From Diadema antillarum (lineage: Eukaryota), in contig NW_027272299.1 in the NCBI RefSeq assembly GCF_040938485.1, positions 620,001 to 684,000 on the forward strand: DNA of 64,000 nt. Direction: 5' to 3'. A model generated the notes under the pieces. That model ran no database searches, was not told where the DNA came from, and was given only the letters and a program-made list of their open reading frames with translations. A program made the translations under genes and the position numbers. This document shows positions 34,554-53,700 of the stretch, in pieces. How positions within the stretch are numbered: the stretch's first letter is position 1; the number at the start of each line of letters is the position of its first letter.

Positions 34554-35789
34554 GTAAGTCATTATGTTAAAGTCATTAAGGTTACTATAGATTAGATTTA
34601 TGCGGTACGTTATACTCGTGCGTATTTCAGCTTACCGTAATGTTTCTAGCATTTAAGTTTAGATAAGAAGATTGTTTCACTTTGATGCTCACATGTACCT
34701 ACCTATGTGTGTTACCTTTCCACTAGCAGCGTGTGTGGAAGGAGGTACACTGTATATAGATCCGTGGTGTGTCATACATTTCTTGTGAATACGCGATGAA
34801 TGAAAGAGGCTGGTGTGTACTTTGTATGTGATGATGATCCACAGCATTTGTATGGCGCCATATATCTGTCATAGAAACATTCAGTATGTGCTCGTCTACG
34901 AGGTATTTTCTAAGGAGGTATTCCTCCCACAACGATAAAAGTAGAGGGTCTATAGAGCTAGACACTAATAATACTGATACTATAGACGCAATCCAAGTAC
35001 ATTGTATTCCAGTCACTTTGATTTTTGTTGTTGTTGGTGTGGTACTAACTGTAGCATTAGTGCAAGAATGAACACAAGCAGAAGAAATAATCCAGGAATA
35101 AGGGGAACCTACGCTTAGAACGCTACGGCTACTCTACTGCACTGTAGTACACACGTTACACGACAAGTTGGCAGTTACGGTAGTCCGAATTAGGATTTGT
35201 ATTGAGGTAGCATGGCCATGCCCATGGCATGGGTAACAATTAACTAAGGAATCATTTTCATTCTGCTTAGTGAGAAATTATCACCGTGAGACTTCATTGC
35301 ATGTCTTTTTTCTTTAGAGGCTTGCATATCTTTTGATACCTAAAAAAAAATTTGCGTGGGGTTCTGTGCAGCGGTAATTACAATGGACATGGTAATGGTG
35401 TTACATAACATTTTATGCCATATGGTCACATGTCTGTCAAAAATGAGGTATTTGTAGACGAATGTGTAGTTTACTATAAAGATTTTGCAAGATTCTAATG
35501 TAATGTGTTTTCATGTTGGCATGTTTAGCATGCACAGTCTGTTTTTTCAGCTATAAAAATCTGATCTGAGTTGACTTTTCTAAGAAAGTTGAAATTAATT
35601 CATTGTTCTGAATTTAAAAACCATAAAACACGAGAAAACATTAGATATAAAAACAATAATTAACATAAGTGTATTAAGAAATACTGAGATACTCAAGTTT
35701 GGTACCGGTATGTAGTTTTATATTGAGTGTAATTGTTCAATGGATTACCTATTTTCTCATCTTTGACAATCATTTTTCTTACATGTTAA

Positions 35790-38700
35790 AGACACCCAGT
35801 CGCGAGGATACATGGACATATTTCAGCCGCGGGCAGCAGCACGTAAACTCGCTTCCGAAGTTGCTACGAAGCGAAATGTGTGTGTGCGCAAGACATCCCT
35901 AAAGCAATGTATCGCGCTATAGTATCTCGATTGCTCGCGATCGCTTGCTGAGCGCGGGACAGTACGTGTTGTGTAATGTGAGTGATGTTCGCATATATGA
36001 GCTTGTAGCTAGCTGCGTATACTTCGTACGACTACGCATTCTCTTCATCGCATCGTCGATCGTCGTCACTCGTCAACTATACTGTAATCATCAGATCAGA
36101 TCAGATTAGTGAGTGCAGACCACATTATAATAGATAAGGTGGCCATCATGGACGATGACACATCGTCATGGGTAGCGGATATTACCGCCGAGTTGTCTAT
36201 TCTGAACGCGGACGATTGGGTCGGAGACCCTGCCTGTATCATGTACTTGCCCTGGCGTGTGTACATAAATTCAGGACGGGGAAGCGACTGTGCCCGTGCA
36301 GGGCCAACGGCCAACGGCCACAGTTGCACTGCACATTTATGCAGTATTTTTGCACTCTTCATTGTTTTACTAACTAATATGAAGAAGGTGAGCGTTGTAT
36401 CACCTGCCTGGAATATACTATATAGATGTAAGAAGCAATGCCGAAACCCTTTCATTTGACTAGGTAAACTCACAGTTATAGTTCTGTCAGCTTAGCCTGG
36501 TGTGAATAATCTTTAAAAAAAAGACACACACACACACAAAGTGAACATTTAAACTCATAGATAAGTACATGACAAATAAGATGTAATGCCTTCTTCAGAC
36601 AGGAGCATAAAGAAATTATTGTCTATCTCCCTCTTACACAAACAAACAGAACACTATTGTCTCAACAATACAGTGTGAAGGATAACCATTATAAATAAAC
36701 CTATCACAGGTATCAGTATTTGAGGTTATGTGTGAAAAATGCCCTACAAATTAATGAAAATCGCGGACAGTAGACCTTTGTCCATAGTCAACTCAGTGTA
36801 ACATCGCAAAGCCACTGTAATGGGTTAGCTTTCTACCAAACACTGATTAAAATACCAATCAGAGGCGTACCTTTGATCAACAAATAAGGGATGTGCCACG
36901 GATACCAATTAATCGTACTTGATGAAGCTCATACCTGTACATATTAGCATGTTACAAACTGATAGGTTCATATTGCCCCTTGACCTATGACCAATATCTG
37001 TATTAGAATTAAAACAATGGATTCTTATGAACTGTTGTTCATCAACAACTTCCACACCAATCAACATCCCTATTAGACACTCCTATATGAAGATGTGAAG
37101 GTAAATAAAACTGTAACTTTCACGTACAAGGGTATTGTACGTACACTACTGTATTAACTCTGTAGTTACTACCACTGACCTGACACTGTCGGTGTAACCA
37201 AACTTTAACGAATTTCAACTGTAAAGGATCAATTTTTTTTTCTTCAGAATTTACATTTCAACATACTTGTAGAAATTCACATGAAAAGATGTACACTTCA
37301 CTGGATCACTTGAATTTGGTTTCAAATTATTGGACCAAATGCATTGGAAGTTTGACTATAAATGCAACATAGATGCCTGAAACTTTTGCCAAGCTTATGA
37401 AAATTACAATCTTTATCAAAATTCCTTAACCAAACTTAAAATGTAGGGCCCCTAAATATGATGAAAGAGGAGACTTTGCTATACAGTTAAATCAATGGGG
37501 ACAAACAGTATTTGAATCGCAGCCATGAAATCTGGCTATGCAAATTTAACCTGGATTGTTGACGCTAGCTGCTCAGGAAAGTGACCTCTCTGTATCTACA
37601 TTTTGTATCTAGATTCTACATTTGCACATGAAATACTTTAAATTCTCAATACTGTGATGACAAAAAACTTACCACTACTTGCGATTCCCTGACTAATGAC
37701 ATTTGCTGCCTACTGCTGGGTCAGTTTTTAAGAAGCGATAAACTGACCCAGCAAATGTCATTTCGATTACGGCGTTATCATAATTTGACATAAATGAGAA
37801 CTTAGAGAAGTTTTTCGCGGAATTATACATAGAAAAATAGGCCTACTTGTCGATGAAACGCAAAGGCCCTAGCAGTTAAAGATAGATTAGAAAAAGTCAT
37901 TCCACTTCAATCATTGATTCATGTAATAGACTTTACGTTACTTACACATCATCTGGATCTGGATTCCTTGAAGTTGTTGACTTGGTCAGCTGGGGTTGCT
38001 TGATTGGCGTAAGCCGTGGCATTACAATTCCACCGTGCATGCCGTAACACGAATTTGCACATTCTAAATTCCTGCAAAACTGTTCATGCAACTCCAGCAA
38101 GTGGAAAGCAAATTTTTCATCGGCACGCCGATGCTGAAGCTTCCCCCTCTGCCACTGGTCTCTTACTTGTCCTAAGCAGGGAGGTAAGAGGAAACCTCCC
38201 TGTCCTAAGCATGCTAAGAACACGTCTCTCTGCGTTCTCCACTCGTCGATAGCGTCAAACAAGTAGATACGTTTTACTCGAGTTGGACGGCTGTTTTGAT
38301 CTCCATTGTGAGGTTTCATTACTAAACCAAAGCCAAGGCTAATCCGAAACAGTACACGCATACCACACACATTATTGATATTGACATACCGGTACCGACG
38401 ACTTTATACCAACTTTGTTATGTTCCGATCCGGCCCAACATACTGTAACACAGCTGACGCAGCAGACAATTGCCAATGAGATCAAAACAACCCGCCATAT
38501 GGCCATGAGCATTGCAACTTGCTATACATGAAGTTTAGAGTTTTAATATTTCTTCATCAAAGCATATTTATAAATACCAAATATTAAACAACGTAATATA
38601 TGAATGATTTAAAATATTGTTATATAATATTTTCAGACATTTTAAAATATTATTGCTTAGATTGCTGAAATTGGCACCATAGTGCAAATAAACAGAGACT

Positions 38701-39022
38701 GCAGCCAGATACGTACGTACGTACACCACACAGCTCTACTGTTGTGTCGCGACGGGGACCCGTAGGAGAGATTTTCATGCACATGGCTGTTGTGCGGTTT
38801 TGTGCGTGCACCCATTCGGCCCCATTCGGTAGGTATTCGGGCGTCCATGTTGAAATTACAGTGGACGGCTCTCGCACGGCTCTCGTGCCCCATCTGGTTT
38901 TCGCTGGTGCGCTGCGTAGCGTCGTGTTCGGCATTCGGTACGTACGGGGGTACAATAACGGGAGGAGCAGCTTGTCGTGCTTTTCTACTGAGCTGCGAAT
39001 CGCCTGCGACGACCGATTGCCT
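35790..39022. mobile_element. Possible 3.2-kb Kolobok-like element
   Basis: TTAA|agacacccagtcg (35790) versus cgaccgattgcct|TTAA (39022): 9/13 imperfect TIR, CpG-rich subterminal regions, and an internal minus-strand exon. Confidence 0.4.
37946..38319 (-). CDS. Putative first coding exon of a TE-associated gene
   Basis: ATG at 38319, open frame to a consensus donor GT|gtaagt at 37946; RIYLFDAIDEWR...DEKFAFHLL motif. No convincing downstream exon found. Confidence 0.35.
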
Positions 39023-39723
39023 TTAAACAACTCCCTTTCACATATTTCACAATGAAGGCATCACATGTCAACCATACTTAGTTGTATTGGCACAAAATAA
39101 ACAAAATGATGAAAAATTCATAAAAATTAGCATATTTGCACAATTACTTAGCCTTAATTAGAAAAATTATGGTAATTTTTGTAAACTTAACTATGCATTA
39201 TTGTAGAGTTCGTCACGAACTATCTGCATGCCGAACTTGGCAAAAATGAGACATGCCAAGGCCAAGATACATGTAGTGCCCCCCCCCCCCCCATCCACAA
39301 AACTGTCAAAAAGCCCAGTCTTTTTAGGGTTAATTTGTCAAATTTTGCAAGAGACAAGGTTTTGAACATGCACATGAAAGTTCTTGTCTATCCTTTAAAG
39401 CATTGGGTGCCAATAGGCTGTAGCAATTCTTCTGGTTCAGCAATTACCCAAAATGTAATGAAAATTTCATGCCACGGAAAGGCTACTGGCTCCAATTCAC
39501 AAAAATTTCATGTTGCGAATATTTCTTGCTTTTTGCTGTAGGTCTATAACTTAAGTCACAGTGTAGAGCACATATGCTACAACAGGTTTATAGGTTCTAC
39601 CCCTGTAGTCTATCAGCATTCCTCTAGCCAGATTTGTCAAACATGAATGTACATGTAAATACATCTTCTTTGTCTCTACATAGGGAAACCTCTTGGGAAC
39701 ACCTGTTGTGAGCAATTATCATC

Positions 39724-44355
<4,632 letters not shown>

Positions 44356-44524
44356 CACAAGGAGATGGTGGAGGATGGAGGAGGAGGCAGAGGAGGAGGA
44401 TGGAGAAGGGGATGAAGAGGAGGGGGTCTTGTGATCTGTTTGCAAATCTTCCAAATGAGTTTTCTTGCTACAAACCTGTCAAGCTTTGTGTAAACAGTGG
44501 GAGGGGTTTTACTGAACACTTTAA

Positions 44525-44916
44525 AGGGATCGTATAGTTTTGGTTGAGCCTTAACTGCAGGTTTTTATCACTTTTTTGGTGAGATAGTGAGAAACCTCTT
44601 ATGAAATGTGAAAGAGCATGTATAATTCCAAGAGGGATTCAATGTTTATTTGATGAAAATTGGTTTTGAAATGGCCTAGATATCCAAAACAGAGCGATCC
44701 TAATAAAGTGTGGGACCCACACTTTATTACGATCATTTTGTTTTACTTTGTTTTTGGATGTTTCAGATATTCCAAGCCCGATTTTTATCAAATAAACTTT
44801 GAATTCCTCTTAAAATGGTATGCTCTGTATTATTTCATAAGTGTTTTCTTGGTATCTCGCAAAAAAGTTGAAAGCCCAATTTTCATCTCCACCAATACAT
44901 GTACTGTACTATCCCT
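44525..44916. mobile_element. Kolobok-like MITE downstream of the NACA stop
   Basis: TTAA|agggatcgtatag...tactatccct|TTAA; a partial second copy at ~51246-51560. Confidence 0.8.
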
Positions 44917-47476
44917 TTAACATGCATGGGCACAAACAGCTGAAAACTATGGCTCACCATTCACTCTTGACCCAAGTGCAACCCTCATATTAGCACCAAA
45001 TTTGGCTCAGTTTTCTGCTCACAGGAGTGTTGGATGCTTGTTTCATAACAAATGACATACAAAGCTTTGGATATCAGTATGTGTTTTACTGCTCCCTAAT
45101 GCCGTCTTTTGTATTCAATCAGTTTCCAGTCATCATAGTCCAAAACTTTGATCCAACTTGATCAGGTTGCTCATAATGGATGCACAAATTTGGGAAAATT
45201 TCATTACAAAGAGATTAATGGAGTTACTTTTGAGATGACATGTTCACCAGTATAAAGGACATTAGTCAAAAATTGGGCAAGCAAACTTGCACACGTAATG
45301 AAGAGTTTTATTCTACTCAGTAGGTACTCCACTGCAGATTCGATAATTCATTATGCAAAGTGATAGGACAGGTTTAGGAACATGATGTCACATAGAGCCA
45401 ATGGTGGTGCATGACTCGTCCCATATGAGGGAGCTAAGTATTGTTCTTAGCTGGTTAATTTGCAAACAGATTATGGTTGCTGGATTATGCAACCAGGAAA
45501 ACATGCATAGGAGTAATTCCCTGCAATTTTTTTTTTTTTTTTTTGGGGGGGGGGGGGGGAGGTAGGAGGGAGTTATGTTTTATTTAATTTTTTTTTTTAA
45601 ACAGTATAATTTGTCCAAAAAGTTGATTTTCTGTGTTTGAAGTTGGTGCCCTCCTGTTGATTGATTATACTAGTAACAATAGCGACATCAATTATCAGTT
45701 TATTTCTTTGTATTTACAGATATATAATCCATGTTTCATATCTCATTTGATTTTTTTTCTCCCATCAGTTTTTTCTAATTTGTTAAATCATCCAAATCTT
45801 TATTAGTACTACATAAACACATTGTAGCTACAACACATTTTGTCGACTGTGTTTGGTCTCTTTATTGAAATGTGCCAGAGTGGTTTAGAACATCTACGAA
45901 GTTGAGAGGGAATACGATTTAAATGTATATATGACATTACATTGTATGTGAATGATGTACGTGTATACGCTGTTATTTTTGCATACAAAAATTTTCAGGA
46001 ATAAGGAGGTCACAGACATTTTCACGAGATGTTGTTTTCGCAAATTGACACAGAGGCCATCATAGGCGCACTATAATCTTGGCGCATGGTAACTTTTTTG
46101 TTTTGATGAATTTGTGGTCCAACTTTGATTCGCAAAACTTAGACCCTCATGAAAATAATGGCCTACACAGTAGTTGACGTCTTTAAATGCATCACGATGC
46201 ATGATGTGTACAACTGATACTGTACAGTATCTTAATCTGCCCTTGTCCGGTTTCTCCACCGAGGATAAAGGCATATACTACGTACATGTACATTTGTACA
46301 TTATATTATATACATGGGGTATAACTGCAGGAGGGCTAATTGACCATTTGGAGTGTATATTATCTTGAAAATGTGTACGACAGCTCGTCATCTTGAATGA
46401 AGCACAAGAGAGCATTCAACATTAATTTGAAGTTTTTATATGAACAGCGATTGCTTATACCAGAATGATAGAAACAACGAACATCACTAGGTGATGGCTA
46501 GGTGCAGAATCTAATTGTGCACAGGGATGTGTATTCAGTTGAATTTTGGACTTCAAACCTTCAGAAAGTTTCAAGGTGTTCATGGAGTAAAAGGTATCGG
46601 GCTCTGTAATTTTTCTCTCCCAATTTTCTAGACCTTTATGATTTGGTGCTTGTTTTAGGTAGACTGTATTGTGTGTAGGGTGTGTCATGATGCCTAGTTG
46701 TGTGTGTGAAAGGTGTCTTGCTATTAACATACCCAAGTGTGGGAGTGACTGTTTGTTTGTGTCTGGTTCATGGATCATTTTCTGTAGCATTGAACATACC
46801 AGGCCTCATACACACTTTGTGAAGTTTGCATTTCAAGCTGAAGTAATCAGAAAGATCACGCCAAATGTGATGCGTGATACATACATGTGCTAAAAATTTC
46901 ATTACAGGACAGAAATAAACTTGTGCTATGTGTGGATTTATGTAAATCTCTTACATTTTTCCTGGTAAGGAAATGGCTCAAAACAAAACACAGAAGATCA
47001 TTCCATTGGAGATGGAATGTATAGTGGCTGTGACTGTGGCATTCAGCCATGACAATGGAGAATTCTGAAGTAGTTGAAAGTTTCTCTGTACTTCCAGAAC
47101 AATTTTTGCTGTTGCTGTACCAATACCGCATTGTGTCATTTGCACCCCAAGCATCCTGTTGATCATTCAAATGACAGAATGACTGAATAATTCCAATATA
47201 AAACCATAGCCTTCAGACACACACACACATGTTCCTATCCACACCACAGATCCATACATGTCACACCTACCACAGACCTTTAAACTGTTAGCTTGGGTGT
47301 GACGAACAAATATAAGGGGAGGGGAGGAATGATATACAGTACAATACAAAGTGTAAAATTCTGATTTCTTTTATTGTTTTCCATCACAATGAAAAACCAG
47401 AACTTTTTCAGTTTAATTAACATCCTAACTAAATCATACCTAGTACGGAAGATGTTCATCATCGTGGTAGTAACTG

Positions 47477-47995
47477 AAGGAGATAAAGCCGATCTTTTGT
47501 CTCACGAAGCGAGGTAAACACACAAAAAAAATGAATATGACGTTTCAGCCGTGAAATCTGCTAACCTTCGTCTGGCAAAGTAGACCAAGCACTGCAATGC
47601 GTGGCTATTTATACAGTATTGCTAGTGGAAGGGAACATTGTGCTCAAGGGCACGCCATTGTTCCGCTTCGCTGGAGCATAAGCTGCGCTATTATTGAACG
47701 ATGCGAACTGGTTTAACTAGCTACCCCCACCGAAACATCATGAAACATCATGATTGGCCGACCATTATCTATCGCATCGTCCAATAATAGCGCAGCTTAC
47801 GCTCCAGCGAAACGGAACAATGGCGTGCCCTTGAGCACAATGTTCCCTTCCACTAGCAATATAAATAGCCAGGCATTGCAGCGCTCGGTCTACTTTGCTA
47901 GACGAAGGCTAGCAGATGTCGCGGCCGATACGTCATATTCATTTTTTTGTGTGTTTACCTCGCTTCGTGAGACAAAGGATCAGCTTTATTTCCTT
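47477..47995. repeat. ~520 bp palindrome with degenerate hammerhead-like motifs in both arms
   Basis: 47477-~47708 is inverted against ~47772-47995; AGACGAAGG...GCYGAWACGTC at 47539-47574 (-) and 47898-47934 (+). Confidence 0.75.
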
Positions 47996-48627
47996 AAATC
48001 ATACCTATCGTACAAATTGACACTGCAATTGATTCTCTTCTAGGGTAACGTTTACTTACCACAAATGTATACAATAGAGTATGTGGATTCAGTGCATGCA
48101 GAAATGGTAGTATGTCCATGTAGTACACATAGAAGTTTGAGGAAAATCTGACAGTCTGTTCAAAAGTTTATTGATATTAAAGTTTTGGTCAAATCTATAT
48201 GCAGTTATCACTGGATAATAAAACTACCACCATTCATGATGACACAGAAGGGCAACAATACAACTAAAATATGAGGAAAATTCAACATTTTCTAATTTAT
48301 TTGGCATAATGAAAGAGCACTTGAATTACCTCTTTTAGAAGGCAGGGGAATATACATGTATCCCCTTCACATGTCGATAACTAGAACTAATGTGTAGTTC
48401 GAAAAAAGAAATTTTGCATGTGTGTATTTTAGGTAAATTAGTCTTTTTTTAATTCACTGTCTAGGTATAAAGTTTCATTTTCTGATAGTCCATACCATCA
48501 AAAACTGTCAACTATCAAAAACCTTTTGATAAAAATGATGTCATTTACTTTAATAGAACTGTATTGTAACTGTCCTTCAGACGGTTTTACACCTTTCACA
48601 CAGATAAAACTTCATCGAAGTAATATA

Positions 48628-49053
48628 CAGTGCACTCCCGTTATAACGAACACGGTTATAACAAAATTCCAGTTACAACGAAGTAAAAAATCAGGCTGCA
48701 ACATTATCCACTCTATGTATTTTTTTTGTTCATTTGTTCAGTTATAACAAAATTTCAATATAACGAAAGAAATCTGCCGGTCCTGAGGACTTCGTTTCGA
48801 CGGGTGTCCACTGTATAGCCATAATACCGTGCATGCCGAATCTTCGCGAGGTATTTATTTTCGCGAATTTCGCAAGTCGGGTGCTATTCGCGAAATAAAA
48901 GACATGCGAAAATATTGACTCTGATCCCGATGTGGATGTGACGTACACGTGTACATCTCTCCGTTCAGTACAGAACTCCACGGTCGCGAATTTAATCGTC
49001 GGGAATTCCCGCTGTGCGAAAATTTAGACTCGCGAAATATATGGCGTATACAG
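48628..49053. mobile_element. Two adjacent TA-flanked MITEs (48628-48813 and 48827-49053)
   Basis: cagtgcactcccg...cgggtgtccactg and ccgtgcatgccg...ggcgtatacag; related copies near 40690-40860, 41815-42015 and 51056-51225. Confidence 0.7.
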
Positions 49054-49388
49054 TAATACAAGTACAGGTTACGTGCTGTCCTTTTCCCTCGGCACATAGA
49101 GTTGGTGATCTTTCTGCAGCTTGCTTACTCCTATATATTGACAATACAAAGTGGTAAAAGCATGACTTTTTGCAGTAAAGGATGTTCTTCCCTTTAAAAA
49201 AAAAAACGTTAACAGGACACACGTAAAAATGCTTTCAACGCAGTGCTTCTGTGTACTGTAATTTTTTTCTTTAGTGCTTGCACTAAAACAGAGGTTTCTG
49301 AAATGCCTTGGTAGTGTACCGTAAATTCATAGAGGAACCAGTTCTTGACATTACTGCATATGTGGGTCACAACAAGAATGCATCTTAA

Positions 49389-50166
49389 CCCTAACTAGGC
49401 CGGGCTATTTAGGTAGTTGATAGAGCTGGGGGGGCCTCCCAGGCCCCCCCCCCCCCCCCTCCAGATCTCGGCCGTCGACTGCGCGATCGCGACGAAAATT
49501 GGCACACACATTGCCTATGATGTAATCTAAAATACCATGAAGTTATTTTTTTCAAAAAATTATCATCTATGCTAAATTATGCTAATTTATGCATGATGAT
49601 GCATAAAATCAGACTATTTGGTATAAATCACAAAATAAAGCTCAAAACAGGCATATTTTTTGTGTAAATATTCTTTTCAGTGTCCTTAGCAAATGTAATT
49701 AAAAAAAATTGTGATATCAGAAAAAATTCTTAAGTATTGTATTGTTTTTTTGAATTTATGTATTTCTCTGTTTTTTCGACTTTATGTTTTTCATTGTTTT
49801 TTCGATGAAATTTGTCCGCGACATCGCTCCGAACAAGAAAATATGTTATTCATTAATTTTAATCAATAAAACACCAAAATAATCATGCTTTTATGAAATT
49901 TGCCTGTAAGCACAGTTTGCATTGAAATTGTACACGAATTAACGTTTTTGAGCAATTTTTGATCTGACATGCATGTACATATTTATGCGTAACTTTGGAA
50001 CCGCGCGCCCGGGCGTCGCAAATTTAGTGTCAAAAGATGCGGGAGACTCGAAAGAAAAAAGTCATGAAACGTCGCGGCGATAGCTTTTTGCGAGCGGAAC
50101 GTCGCGGGGTGGGGGGGGGGGGGGGGGGGGGGGGCTCGGAGCCCCCCCCCCCCGGCCTAGTTAGGG
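49389..50166. mobile_element. piggyBac-like non-autonomous element
   Basis: TTAA|ccctaactaggccggg...ccggcctagttaggg|TTAA. Confidence 0.85.
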
Positions 50167-50475
50167 TTAAATCATGTGACAGTTAATGTGTGTGATGCTG
50201 CTGCTGCATATAAATGATGAACAAAATACTTAATGGATGGTTGTAAGCTGATCTCTGTTCAGCTCTAGGTGTAGAGACACTAGTGTACGTAATAATGTAC
50301 CCACATATGGCATTTCTCATTCCGTCACACATCTTGCACAGCTCTGTCTCGTACTTGTTCATCAGCAGAAGATGTTCAAGATCTGCTTCACAGGGTTTGC
50401 TTATCACACTTGTCCTGCTTTCATTTTTATTTTTTCATACAAACATTCCTTCCTTCCACGGACTCACTGATATCA

Positions 50476-50718
50476 TCATCTTTTTGCGCCTTTAGAGAAT
50501 TTCTGCCTCTTTCCTCGGGTCTGACTTGAGGATGGGATGCACAGAGCGCCACCAGCGACCCCAGAGGCGTCCTCCTTGATTCCTCGAAATCGTGCCATCT
50601 CCCTGTTCTTGGCCTTGAGTATCTCCTTGCGATAAGTGCTGCTCCCGCGGCCCGGAGATGTGATCTCCACGTTGATGGGTCTACCCTGGATCTTGCTCAG
50701 GTGCATTTTCAGACCATT
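50476..50718 (-). CDS. RRM gene terminal exon
   Basis: ggcag|AAT...TGA; NGLKMHLSKIQGRPINVEITSPGRGSSTYRKEILKAKN, basic tail. Confidence 0.9.
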   Translation of the reverse strand, partial: NGLKMHLSKIQGRPINVEITSPGRGSSTYRKEILKAKNREMARFRGIKEDASGVAGGALCIPSSSQTRGKRQKFSKGAKR

Positions 50719-53700
50719 CTGCCACGGAAAAACAGTAACAGTGTCCAAACTCAATACAACACCACAAACGTTGTGGAGTTAAAATGCACATAAGCATGTA
50801 AATGCATTTTGGAAATCCTCACACCATGAACTGATGCTTTAAGTAGAATGCTGGATGTGAAAATGTCTTACCATGTAGAAATTTTAATTTATACATACTA
50901 CATACATATACATATTATCTAGAACAAAAAAACAACAAAAAAACTAATGAGAGTAAAAATTATTCATACAAATGTCAATGGAATTATGCTCTGCTATCGT
51001 GACTCACAAAGGTAAACAACAAATTATATATATATATGATATATATAAACAATGCACTGTATACGCCGAATATTTTGCGAGGTTTTTATTTTCGCGAATT
51101 TCGTGAGTCAGCTGATATTCGCAAAATTAAAAACACGAAAATATTGACTCTGATCCTGATATAAATGTGACATACGCATACACATTTCTCCGTTCGGTAC
51201 AGGACTCCACGATCGTGAATCCACCAATATATTACTGTAAGGTTTTAAATGGATCGTATAGTTTTCGTTGAGACCTAATTTCAGGTTTCTAACATTTTTG
51301 GGTGAGATAATGAGAAACCTCTTGTGAAATATGAAAGAGCATGTAATTCTATGAGGAATTCAATGGTTATTTGATGAAAATTGGTTTGAAATGGCCGAGA
51401 TATCCAAAAAAGAGCAATTCCAATAAAGTGTGGGACCCGCACTTATAACGATTGCTTTGTTTTACTTTGTTTTTGGATGTTTCAGGCATTCCAAACCCGA
51501 TGTTCATCAAATAAACTTTGAATTCCTCTTAAAATGGTATGCTCTGTACTATAGTGCACTATTTTCAATTGTACATAAATCTACACTGTAAGTGGGTACA
51601 GTTTCTGAAGAACGCACATCTGATAGGAATCCAGCCATCTGAGACAACAGTCACTATTTTACAACACCAAGTATTCACTTTAAATTAGGTGATTCAATTT
51701 ATTTTCATTAGCATCTCCTATAAAGAGCATATTGAAAGCTTTTAAATTGCAATATAGAGCATTTTCAGCACTCTTTTATTTCAATATTGTACATACATTG
51801 ATATTGATATAAAGAAATAAAACATTGTGATGGACCAACACATATTGCAGCATTATTGGCATGGCATTTCATTCATGCACAAATTTGTGCCTGTGACACA
51901 TTTTTCGACAAACACATTTGCATTTGGGCCAACACGTGAAACATGGAGCTCACCATGTAAGCCTTGTTGTTCTTGAATTCAACGTACGCAAATCCCCTGG
52001 ACTTGCCCGTATCCTTGTGTGTGGCAAGCCTCACAGACTTCAAGTCACCTATGTTGCAATCAAAGAGAAAAGCAATACAAGAGAACCACAAAATAGCAAC
52101 AACCAAAAAACCATGACAATTGTTTGCAGTTTGGGACCTGCAAAAACGACCTTGTTAGAAGAGAGTTCTGTTACAGTATATGCTGTTATTTTCTTGAATG
52201 AAGAGGGCATAGACATTTTTGCGAGATGTTTTTGCAAATTGACACTGATGCTAATGTAAATGCGCTATTACCCCAGCGCATGGCAACATTTTCATGCAAT
52301 CCAACTGTGATTTGCGAAAATTAAACCCCTATGGAAATAACAGCTTATACAGTATAATCTAACCTCTTCTTGAGGTCTCTTTTCCACCTCCCCGGTTCTA
52401 CTGTACATGTATTCATGGCTCGACACTAACTTTTTTGTTTGGTGGCCCGATGGGGCCACCAAAATCCTAAATTTCAAATTTTGGGTGGCCCGAGAGAAAA
52501 ATTTGGTGTCCCGAAAAAAAAACCAATAAAAAACATTAAAAGTCCTTTTTTTTTAATGAGTCAAATATTTAAGATTTATGATAGTAAGAATTAGAAGTTG
52601 GACATATCTACTCATGAATAAACTTCAACAAACTTGCAACACTCACTCTGAGGCATTCATTCAGTCCTTTTCATCCATCCTTTGAACAAATTTAACTGCT
52701 AATTTCCGGCGCAAAAAGTAACGAATTTATTGACGTACTTTTCAAAAAATTTTGGTGGCCCGAGGCGGGCCACCAAATTTGCTCGTTTTTGAAATTTGGT
52801 GGCCCGACTTTCATTTTTGGTGGCCCTGGGCCACCGGGCCACCGTTAGTGTCGAGCCCTGTGTATTGTATTTAAAACTCTATATGTGTCAAAGCAAAAAC
52901 ACTACGGTACTGAACTCATTTGGTTAATTACATCAGGCCTAACCTGGGACATGGTCACCTCCCTGGACTAATTCTATCCTTTACACTGAAATCAGTATAC
53001 ATTCATAGTTCAGCAACAGAAACCACCTGACAAATAATAGTTTGGTTTTTACAATATCTCTGCCCTTTCTTGGTGACAGTCATATAGACAGTTCACAGAA
53101 AACAAGCCTCATAAAAGAATAAGACAAGTTGAACAGTAAGAGCTATTTCTTGCTCCTACATGTTCATACACATAATAATGGATTAGTTCTCATTATCCAT
53201 GTCAGAAATAGCAAATATCTGAGGCTGTGGAGGTGCTCCATTCACAGCCTGTTCTGGCAAAACATGTTGATCTGCAACATACAAATGTATTAGTCAAAAA
53301 ACAACATAAACACAACTAGAAATGTCGCTTTGGCGACTGGTATGCCTCCGCCATAATGCATGATTTTCCCAATAGGTCTAGATAGTACATGTGGACAATG
53401 TGTGATTACATTTTCACAAAATTGGCAAAATATTGAAACAACAAATTTGTCACAAACGTGTTGAATGTTCACCTTCCTTGACCTAGGTTTAATTGCATGA
53501 ATAGGAGAGCATGTATCTAGGGATTTAAGGACTTTAACTTGACTTTGACCCATTCATACATTTAGGCATTGAGTAATTTTCAAGGTACAGGTGTGGAGAA
53601 TTGGTGTGAATTTCTGAATTGAATAGTAAATTGTTACCATTTTCATCTGGCCCTTGACCCTAAAATTCATAAGATAATCACTTTCAGGTAGAACATGCAT

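Noticed and set aside
36096-36473. Overlapping 116-125 aa ORFs on both strands
   Set aside because: No motifs; splicing from the 37946 donor into the acceptor at 36407 reaches a stop after about 11 codons.
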